A stretch of DNA of 64,000 nucleotides, taken from Phoronis australis. Lineage: Eukaryota > Animalia > Phoronida. A program made the translations under genes and the position numbers. Where the stretch lies: positions 1-64,000 of the forward strand of contig NMRA01000306.1 in NCBI GenBank assembly GCA_002633005.1, written 5' to 3'. Below, piece after piece: positions 36,726 to 48,300 of this stretch. Positions within the stretch are counted from its first letter, which is position 1; each line of letters opens with the position of its first letter. Below the pieces are notes generated by a model. It searched no databases. It saw only the letters and a program-made list of their open reading frames with translations, and had not been told where the DNA came from.

Positions 36726-39370
36726 TTAAATTTCTTCAAACTGGAATGCGAATCTTGACTGACCGAACTGAGCGTTAAGTAACTCACCATAATGTAATGA
36801 CATCACGTAAACTGACCTTTAAATTATAATTTCCTAACATTATGTTTTACCTAAATCTTCTCTTGGTCTTGCAATCTTCCCTCCTTTTAGTCCGAGACCC
36901 CACCCTTGCTGGACCCCTAGGTTTAAGCCTCGACAGCCAGAGTCTGCATTTAGTAACAGCCGCCCGCATATTTAAGCATTGCATTTCAGTTTCCCTTGTT
37001 TCACGTCCCCTTGGTCCCCTATTATTATTACCAACTACAGCGGCTTCTCAAAACAAAAATAAAATTAATATGAGTATGTTTGTGTAACCGCGTGTTATCT
37101 AAATATCTCCTGGTAAGTTTTAATCAACGAACGAGTTGTTCTGACCAATAACCTGGCAAGTCGGGGCAACGAAAAACTTCCAATTGACTTCGACGCTTCG
37201 TAGATAATGACTTGTTTAGCGTCTGATTAGCGGTAAGAAAATGGCACGAACAAGGGAGTAAAGGAACTACCGAAATTTTTATATTCTGGAAGAAATGGTC
37301 TGTTCAGAGAGTCTTATAATGACTTAGCCACACAAGACAACACGACTTGAACACTCAAATGCAGGCACGTCACAGCGAGAAGTAGTGTTTTTGCGCCACG
37401 TTTTGTCACCGCGAGAGTACAGCAAAGATCGAGCCACCAGTAGCAGTGGGACTAAGACCACAGTACCAGTTGCTGATTTTGACCTTATCGCTGGCCTGGG
37501 TCAATCAAAGCCAAAGTTTGCACAGCTGGCTCGTACATCTAAAAAAGCATAACTGACAACACTCTATGGGGTTTTCTCAAAAATGAGGACAATCGACAAA
37601 GCTACGTCATTTTACCTTGCTACATCGACCGTGAAAAATTCGAGGTGCCAAAAATGACCAAAAAGTGAGATTTTGGCAATATTTTATCTAAAATCACAAA
37701 TTCACGACTGCCTCTGTGCAAGAAAAGAGACCATCATGCGAAAGCTCTTACACTCTAGATTCCAGAAATTCAGGTTAAAATATGTCATTACCAACCAGAT
37801 GTTGACACAGAAATTCCGGTTGTCTCAAGGGTACGTGGATTCTCGCTAAGAATTCAAGACTCAACAAGGATGAGCTCTCAAAATGGTGGCATTTCCGTAT
37901 CCTAGTAGACAAGAGCACAAGCCAAATTTCTGCGCATGGACTCAATTTACACAAAACAACTTCAGAGAACTACTGAATACCATTTGTGGCAATCACCTCC
38001 CATCTAATCTACCAGACGGCCGTCTGACCCGACCCACCCCATTTTAGAATCTTTTGGGGAGCTACACAGTCCTCTATTGTGGTCTTAGACATAACCTTGG
38101 ACCGACCGGGTTGAACATTCACCTGTAACCGCGGTCGAAGTGCGTACACTGTATATTCGAAGGAAACCAGAGAATATTGAACACAAATGTGCTCGGGTGC
38201 TGCTCGTAGCTGTTTGAATTTCCTCGTGGTGACGTACACGAATTGCCGCGAAATAAGCCTAACCGTTCATTAGCCGGCTACATTTGGCAAACTATGACTT
38301 CAGTGACGTCAGAGTTGTGCCTTAACATTTCGTAGTAAGAGATAGATTAACATAGATTACCGTTCAAGACAGGCTTTAGACTTAGCTGTGTTTAAATCTC
38401 CCCCAATCATTGATGGTTGCAACTCTGTATTCGTCACGTTTAAAACAATCGTGTTAAACACTATCAAATTGTTCCTTTTCTTGCAATGTATTTCCTACAA
38501 CAGTTGCTAATTTCTACCCATTTCTTTCCAAAACTAATATTATGTTACCAGTTTAAGATTCCTGAACAAGCTCTACAAATCTGTCACAAAATGTTGCACG
38601 AACAGCGACTGAACTTTTGATGTGTGCACAGAGACCGTAATGACGTAATTTTACTAACACTGGCGTTTCCCCGAGAGAGTATACACGGAACTGCCTCCTT
38701 ATGTAGTGAAAGTTTTACGTGAATATGAATAGGTGAGGAGAAACATCTGCAACAATGACAATAGTCGCGTACAAAATGATTGTATAAAATTATTCCTTGT
38801 GCATTGCTCCTCGCCCAGTAGTAGATATGGAGACTAAATTAGTCAATCAATAACTGTAATCAATTACATGTAGGTTTCGTCAAAATTTCCAGAGCTTTTG
38901 TATCTCACGATGATCCCCGTGGTTGCTATACTTCTAAAAAGAATGTCGAAGCCAGGGGGGAAGCTTACCACAGATAACCTTTGTTTCAGCCTCAACACGC
39001 AGTTTAAGCTTCTAATCACGATAATAACCAGACAATGAGATCTCGAGGTAGCGATTACAATCCGGGCACTATTAACCAAATTCTCATCAATATCTGGCAC
39101 AAGCCAGTATTGGCCGAGAAACCGCACAAATCATGCAAGGGCGACCATTGGCTGTCAAAATATTCGTAAGGATTTGTCCTCCATGTCCATAATGCGTATC
39201 TGGTAAAGCAGGATTAAAGACTGGAATATTTGATGTACAACGTTTTTAAAGACCTGCATGACTTCCGTTATTTTGTTCACAGGTCGTGATGAGAAAGTAA
39301 TGTGTTAAACGCTCCTTCCAACGCCGTAGCGTGTCCAAATGTCTCTAAACAGACTGTACAAGAAACAAAT

Positions 39371-42300
39371 ATGCGCTACTTAGTCTGGTGGACAGTCATC
39401 ACAGGACTTTCTAGAGGTAAGAAGAAAAAATTATCACGGGAAAAAATAATGACGAAAACCTTTCCTAAGTTCATGGAATAAGGAGTGCCTGTTAATATTT
39501 GTATTTTTATTTATATCTAGGTATAATTAAATTGCAGTGTTAATTAGTTTTCATTGCTTGTCTTTAAAAAAAACGCAACGACACTTGTTTTGACGCAATT
39601 TCAGAATTTTAAAACTGCACTGCATTTACTTTCGTTTAGAAAATTACGAAATTAAACAAAAAGACCTAGGTACAAACAATCCTGAGCCTCGTTCTCATCT
39701 TGTTCAGTTCTCACCTAGGACCAATATCAAATGTATATTACTCCCAGGTTCTCACATTAAAAATGACCAGGCCTGTTGCTTGTGACGGCGCCTTAGTTTC
39801 GAGTCGTAACGACAGTAATATCAGTCACTGGGATACATAATTTTAATTCAAACGAACTATTAGAATACGACGACTTTACTTCGGAAGAGTAAATGCCCGT
39901 CTGAAGATAGACAATGCTCATTCAATGAAAAGTGACTTAAGTATTGAGTGACTTAACTCTTAAGTCACTGAGAAAGTTGGATTAACGCTGCCATTGCACA
40001 ATGTACTGAATAAAGGTTTAGCCACGTAATTATCACCACCCCACAGCCTTGAAATACATGTAATCTGTACAATTTACCTCACTCAAACTAGCAGCTATGG
40101 ATATATTATCAGACATTTTGTACTTTTGTTCAAGTGAGATTTAATTGTTTTTTAGTAATACCGTGTGGAACGTAATGTCAAAGTTTCTACTCAAGTCTTA
40201 AGTCACAAGTCACGTTTCATAAAACAAATTCTAGAACATGCAATGTATTTGTATTGTTTCTTTGTCAACTTTCTAGCGGCATGTTCCGAATTAGCTACGT
40301 TTCAGCCGGTGCCATCGTTACAAAGTATAAACCTTCAAACTACGGAAGGGTCAAGAGCTTTCTCGATGAACATCACAAAGGACCCTAATTGTACTTCATG
40401 TGTCGTGAAACTACCAATATACAGCAAGGAGAATGACATAGTTATGTCGTCCTGCGAATTTACGTTCCATTCTAATAGCTATGAGAGGACTGACGTCATC
40501 CAGGTTCTTGCTAAACGATACATGTTCAGCAAAGGAACGGGAGTGTATGCAGACAGAATTATTATGTCGACTTTTCAATCTAACTCAACAGTTTATGCTG
40601 GAAAAAGGCCTAATTCGGGAAGCATATCTGTAAGTTAACTTTGTTTTAGACCATTTAATAATCACTCCCGAGGGTTTGTTTTTAAGCAGCAATTATTGAT
40701 GTTAAAATATTTTAATACTTTATTGAAATAATTTGTTACTTTGTATCGAAACCAATTGTCGAGCCGACATGGAGACTACAAATATGCTGGAATATTTTAG
40801 ACCTGCGTAAATGTTCAAATATTACATTACGTAAGTCAATCAACACAGGATGGAATACTGTGGATCAGGTTATCTCCCCAAATAAACGTCGGATTCGGTC
40901 AACCCCAGTCGTCACCAACTTCCCACAACTTGTTTTTCTGTAAACCTCTATTCATCGGTTGACCACGATTTCATCCTTTAGACGACACCAATAAGATCTG
41001 CCTCGCACGCATGAAAATGTTAAACGAATTAGATGCTTTCTTCAGCTGAATGCCGCCTTCGCACACTCCTTTTGTCGGCTAATGTTTGCTCTGTGCGTGG
41101 TTCACGATGCAAGACAATATTGTCACAACGAGTCGTATTGTCACAATTTCTGATGTGGGTTAGATGGGGTAAGCGTGCGTTACCGGCCTAAATTGTCACA
41201 ACGGCCCAAATTTTCACAACATAAATGATGTGAGTGGATGCTGAGGGCATAATATTCTCAGGGAATGGTCGGAGTGTACTTTTGATTCTATATCAAATTT
41301 TATCAGCACAGAAATACAGAAACTAGTGAAGATGAAAAAGTCCGGGACTCTATACTTTTAATCTCAAGTTAAGAGAAACAGAGGAAATTACGAACCGTTC
41401 ATGCGTCATTTGGTCGCATGAAACAATCCCAATAGGGTTCCCTAAATTGTCCTATTTTATCTTCATTGCTACACCAACATTGAACTTTGGTCCATAATAA
41501 GTGTAGATAATAAAATCGGAATACTTTACTAGTAAAAATAAATAAATACGTTTTATGCAACGCCCCTAATTTAAGGATTTAGTCTCTATTCAATGAAACA
41601 AGGGTTTTGAGATACATTGCTGGAAAATGTTATTAGTAAAAGAGGAGTTCACAATAAAAATGAAGTGAGAAGTAATATAACACCAACCGAGTAAACAAAG
41701 ACTACAAATATGCTGGAAATTTAGGGAACATAGTGGACTTCATGTTCTTTTGGGGCTGTTTCATGCAATCGGCCGCTGATCACCACTTCTTATCGCCAAC
41801 AGCTGAAGAATGCCTTAAGCACGCGCGCGCGCACACGCATGCATGCGCGTGCACTCAAACGCAACGTGCCCTAGTACAGGGTTTGTCAAAATATGGAACT
41901 TTAAACAAGAATAACTCGAAATTGAGATGATGTACTCAAACGCTTCTTGCTGGCAACATAGCCACGGCATAGCATGGGTGTCGATATCACCTAACACCAT
42001 CTAAGTGTGAAAATTACATTCTTGAAATAGACGCCTCCTGTGGGTGAACATTCATTTGCACTACTGGCCATGGCGGCCATTATATTTCCTAATGCATTAG
42101 CTGGTATGATAGCAATTTCTGTATATCCTGGTCATCACTACGAGTTTTCCTAGAACAACTTCCCCTATAGCTACTTGCTCCAGTTCAACCAAGCGTCCAC
42201 ATTACACATCCTGCATCATGCAGCAAATATGGCTAAAAAATAATCAGACACCCCATATTTGTAACTGAGCCACCGCATACGTGGTAATTACTTTCTCCTT

Positions 42301-45300
42301 GTCATGAGGTGGGCATCCACACTGTGACTTGCGCTAGGACAGGTTATCATAGGACAACTGAACTCACTTACCTCGATTATGTAGAGTAAGTTGTCACACG
42401 TGTGTCAAGTTGCCCCAGTGCACATAGCGTCTACGTTCACAACAGGTTAACATTGTCATGACGGCGTTTTCCCGTTCAGTGACTTTACCAGACGTAGAAG
42501 GTTGTGAGCTTGTGATAACATCTAGCTTCTTTGTTAACTGTTAAGCACAGTCTTTTGTCTGGTATAAAGACAGGTATCTGCCAGGCTTATTACAGACCAC
42601 GTGTGAACACAGTCAAACCCAGAGCGAATTGGTACGTTCGGAAAGATTAGATTGTCGTAACTTCGGTTGTAGCTGGGCGATTTTGGCGATTCAAAAACTA
42701 AACATGATCACCATTTGACAAGAATTTCAGAAATGCTATTGGTTTATGTTCAAATATGTTATAACTTAACTTTTATTTTTAACAGAACAGCCTAGTCAGG
42801 CTATAGATACGATCTCATTGGAGATTAGAGCAATTATCGAACAAAAGAGAGCTGGGCAGGCCCTCCAACCCTAAATGGCAGAATGGAGTTAATCAGCCGT
42901 GTAAGATATTGGCTACAGGGGTCATCTTCCCAACTTGTTCTAGGGCTATAGAATCGAACAAGTTGGGAGCAACGGGAAAACGCCGTAATGGTGGCTAAAA
43001 CGCTAATGTTGCTGCTAACAAAAACAATAGTAACGTGAACGGTTTAAAGCGTCAATTTTGCCGATGATTTGCTCAGAGCTAGGGGCTTGAGTTACTCAAA
43101 ACTACAGGCGTATTCGCACTTTGATACAGACCGCTTACATAAAAGAGCACTCATGCGCAGCTCAGAATACTCGCCATTTATTTTCATTCTTGGCTGCCGC
43201 AAAAAATAAAACAGCAAGATCGCAGGGAAATGTTGAGTTTATTAATTAACCCCGGTAATTAAAATCATACGGCTGAAACAAGATTTAAATGTGTGGAGTT
43301 TTAGTGTTTGGGGGGGGGACTCATATCCAATTTCAAGTGTCAAATTCGGAACACGGCGCAATCGTAACGGAACTGTGGCTAAGTATAGGCTCTCCCGACG
43401 TTCGGCAGTGGCGCTGGGCACTACGACTCCGTTTCCGTCGTCTGCTCCACTGCGCAACGAAGAAAATTACTTTCTTTTTTAAAGAAAATGGAATCTTTGT
43501 GATGATGAAAAAATAGAAGCTGCTGGTAAGATGTCAATTTTAATCGAAGCCTTAGTGAATCACTCAGACTCATAATGCTCTCTTTGCCAAACCTTAACTT
43601 AAGACGATTTCTAAAGCAATCGCGTCGTTATTGCCAACACAAAAAACGGGTTTGGTCTTTTGGGCAATTGAAGACTATTTTAAATACAACAAATTTGTTG
43701 CGAACTGATTACACAAAATATAAAACATGTAATAAACATTACAAAAAGAAGGTTTCGCGCGCAAACGCTGTGGTCCATAAACAAGTAGGTCTCTTAGTAT
43801 CAAATTAGGAGTTAAATCGTGGTTGTGCAGTGGTAAAGCACTCGCGCTCCATCCGCCACGTCGTGAGTTCGAGTCTGTGGCTCTTGCAGTTTTTCCTGTT
43901 TGACACTTTCTCCGTTTTTTCCCCTTTTTTTCTTGGATAATACTTCGGGAATCAAGGATAATGCTTGATTTGTAGAGGAAAAAACAGAAAAATTTCCTGG
44001 GCGACCTCCCCCCATTCGGTGCTATGCGCAGCTACAATCGTGCTGGGAGCAAATGTTTACAGACAAAATGTTGCCCCTCCCTTGTGATATCCTAGATCCG
44101 CCACTGATACATAACAACGAATCTCTGTGAAAATGCAGTGGAAAGAGTCTGAAGTATTAGCAACCGGCCGGCTAATGCGGGCGTTCTTCGCATTCTTGAG
44201 TAAATTGTTGCAAGTTATCTTTCGAATTTGACATTGCCGATCATCGCTTTGGATTTCATAAGATCTAGGATCACCATGAATCTCATTACTCCCTGGTGAT
44301 ACTATTATTGTTCACGGTCTTCTTACAACCTACGTGTTGTGATGACTGATAGTGTAGATCTATGATGAATAGGGTCCAATGACATAATTTGAAAGACGTC
44401 TACGTGTATGAACAAATGAGACGCTGGGAATTTATGCAAATCCGAATTACATGTCACAAGCGTCACTAATACTAATTTTTAATAAATTGATGTAACAATT
44501 TGAGCCTGCAGCTCTGACCCAAAACTGTCACAAAGTCGTGACATCCAAAGTTCACATGTCTAAACATGAAAGTAGCCCGAAGATCGTTTTTAATGCTCGA
44601 GAAGTGGATGGTACACTAGCCAGTCAGCTAGCTGTATGAAGAGTATTGTATATTTAGTGTACAGCTTTGCACCAAGGCTAGTGGTACAAAACCTNAGGTG
44701 TCGCTTTGAGCTCAATTTGGAGTTGCAGTGTCTTCTGCTTCTCAATCTCAATAGCTTGGGCCCGCTCGGCTCGTTCTTGTTCGAGCTTATATTCATACTC
44801 GGCTTGCTCTAGCTCTCGTTTATGAGCACGCTCTTCACGCTCCAAGGCCTGCCGCAAGAGCTCCTCTGCGCACTTCCTCAACTCTTCACCGGTACAACCG
44901 AATTGTTTCGCTTGCGCAATATACTTTTCAAAATCCATTTTAGAGGAAGGGTTTTATTCCCAGAATGCACTTTATTAATTAATATTCAAATAGTAATTAC
45001 AGGATTCAAAACAATTCAACACAACCACGTAAACCTTTATTTAAACTCTCCCGGACTGGCCCCCAAATGTCAGATCTTTGACTCTGGGTTTGTTTAAAAG
45101 GTAGCTATGCTTTGAAGTTGTGCGTAGATGGAGAGTGAATAATCAAATCCAGTAATTAATTCATTATATGATAACCCCTAATTAGACAAATGAAACCTAT
45201 TGTTAATTAAGTAATCAACTACAAAGGGTAACTACGCTAGCGGTTGGTGAATCTTCAAACTACACACACACTGTATAGCGACAGTGTACTTGCTGGTCAC

Positions 45301-48300
45301 CGTCTCTGGTGATGCAACACTTGCAGGCAATTTCTTCTACCCGCGATTCTTCTTGCTGGTCACAGTCTCTGGCTGATGACGCAACACATCAGGTAGTATC
45401 TCACTACCCACAATGCAAGTGACAAGCTCTTAGTTAACTTCCTGTTCGTTAACCCTTGCCCTTGCCAAGATCCTTTCTAGAATCTTCCACGAGATGGCTC
45501 TGTCGTACAATTGCTTCTGTGCACTGTAGCAAGTCCTTATGTTTCAACTACTATAGCGCATCTAATTATCTAGTTGATTTCAGCCCATAATATAACATTC
45601 TAATTATTTAGTGATTGGCTAATAAAATTCACATGATCACATCCACTCGTATTATTGGCTGTTACAATTTGCTCTCAGAATATTCTAGAATCTCTAGAGT
45701 ACTTTGACCCCAGAACCCAAAGTTGTAAACACCATCTAAAAATAGATTTTGACGTTAAAATACTTGTCAACAAGTCTGACCCAATGATTTAAAACTACAT
45801 ATGCACAAATTTTGGGCAACTTAAAATGGATCTATTCTTACTAATTACTTAATCAATATTTATTCTGACAAATAAGCCCCTCCTCAAGAAAATACGTCTT
45901 AAGATTTTCACAACATGGAAGACTTAAATATTGGTTAACACTTAGATCTATTACCCAGTTTCCTTGAATCTTCAATACTCTAACCTACTCAGTAATCGGC
46001 ACCAACATTTTCTGAGCCTTTGATAGCTTCAACCTTAAGTCGACAATTTTGCAAAAACAAGGCCCACCTCATGATGCGTCCATTGACTAACTTACTTTTT
46101 GAATGTAAGCCAGGGGTTGATGGTCAGTATGAATGACAAATTCTTTACCATACAAGTACTTCGCAAATTTTCTGATGGCAAATACAATAGCCAAACATTC
46201 CCCCTCTATGACAGAGTAATTCCGTTCCCGAGGTAACAATTTCTTACTAGCACATGCTACTGGAAACCTGCCATCATCATACTCCTGCAACAAAATACAG
46301 CCTATTCCAGTATCTGACGCATCAGTCTGAACAATAAAAGGTTTACTGAAATCAGGTAATCTCAGTATGGGTGCTTTGGTCAGCAGGTCTCGAAGAGTGT
46401 CGAATGCATGCTGCTGAGCTTCTTCCCATTGCACGGTGTTAGGCTGTTTCTTCTTTGTGAGCTCAGTAAGCGGGACGGCGATTTCAGCGAAGCTTGGGAT
46501 GAACTTCCTGTAGTAGCCAGCCAACCCAAGAAAAGAACGAACTTGTTTCTTCGTTCTGGGTCGTGGTGCATCTCGGGTGCGTCCCAGCTTTTCTTCATCC
46601 ATTGCCAGGTGCCCTTCACCGACCACATGTCCAACGAAATCGACGGAATGAGATCCAACCGAACACTTGGCGGGTCGAATCGTTAGTCCAGCCTCTCGAA
46701 CACGTTGGAAGGTGTCTCGCAAGGTGACAAGGTGTTCAGTCCAGGTCTTATTATGGCACAGAATGTCATCCACATAATGTTCTGTATTATGTGATCCTGC
46801 CAACATCTTCCTCATCATGCGGTTGAAGGTCGCTGCCGAATTTACCAGACCAAATGGCATCTTTACGAACTTGTAGCAACCACTTGGTACTACAAACGAG
46901 GTCTTAGGCCGTGATTCTTCGGCGACAATGACTTGCTAGTATCCCTTACTTAGGTCAATCTTCGTAAAATACTGGTGTTTACTGATCTTAGCCATGATGT
47001 CATCAGGATTGCCCATCGGTTCCGAGTCGAACTTGGTGATGGCGTTCAAACGACGAAAATCGATGCAGAATCGATTTGAACCGTCCTTCTTCTTCACTAA
47101 GACCACCGGAGAGTTGTAGGGTGCATCAGAAGGTTCTATGACTCCTCACTTTAACATGTTGTCAACTTCCTCCTGCACAACCGACCGTATGGCATATGGC
47201 AGGGGATACGGCTTGACTCTCACCGGGTCTTCACTGATGGTCTCAATTTTGTGCTCAACCAGATGGGTCGTACCTGGTACTTCACTAAAGATGTCAGAGT
47301 ACTCTTCTAGCAGACTTGTCACCTCCCTTTGTTGGCTAGTAGTAAGCTCGTCTGACATCTTGACATCTTTGTACGTTTCTTTTTGGTTTGTAGATCCCAG
47401 CTCAAGTAGATTTTCATCATCGACAACACCAACTTCATTGTCCATTTCAGGCTGAAGTACAGCTATGGCTGCGATGTCAGAATTCTGATCTGTATCATCT
47501 TTACTTGCAGCCCCACTTTGGTCACGAGATATTTAGAGTTTCAAGAGGTTGGCATGGTACGTCTTGATCTTTTCACCAACCCTTACTCGGTAGTCCATTT
47601 TGTTGAGTACCTCGGTCACTTCATAGGGTCCCCTCCACTGCAGTAGCAGCTTGTTACTGTAAGTTGGTAACAATATTAAGACTTGGTCTCCTATTTTGAA
47701 TCGACGATCTCGTGTCTTCTTGTCATAATGGTGCTTGTATGCTTCACCAGCATTTCGTAAGTTTTCCCACACCAGTTCACATGTCTCTTCCAGACGATGT
47801 CGCAAATCTAGGACATACTCTTAAGTATTCCGTACGTCTGGTGTTTCATTGCCAGTTTACAACTCTTTAAGCACCTGCATTGGCCCTCGCACGGTTCTAC
47901 CATACAACAGTTCAAATGGCGAGAAACCTGTGCTCACTTGAGGTACCTCTCGGTAGGCGAACAGTACTGCTGGTAAGTACCGGTCCCAGTCTTGTGGACG
48001 CTCTTGGCACATTTTCTTAAGCATACTCTTCAGTACACCGTTAATACGCTCACACAATCCATTGCATTTCGGATTGTACGGAGTGGTGAACAGTTGCTTC
48101 ATGGATATNNNNNNNNNNNNNNNNNNNNNNNNNNNNNNNNNNNNNNNNNNNNNNNNNNNNNNNNNNNNNNNNNNNNNNNNNNNNNNNNNNNNNNNNNNNN
48201 NNNNNNNNNNNNNNNNNNNNNNNNNNNNNNNNNNNNNNNNNNNNNNNNNNNNNNNNNNNNNNNNNNNNNNNNNNNNNNNNNNNNNNNNNNNNNNNNNNNN

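Noticed and set aside
43242-43808. Similar short ORFs recurring at 43.3, 51.1-51.6 and 53.5-53.8 kb as a small gene family
   Set aside because: They recur only because the non-coding MITE is repeated; frames and stops differ between copies.
43819-43895. Functional tRNA gene
   Set aside because: A and B boxes are present, but acceptor and anticodon stems do not pair convincingly; kept only as a tRNA-like cassette.
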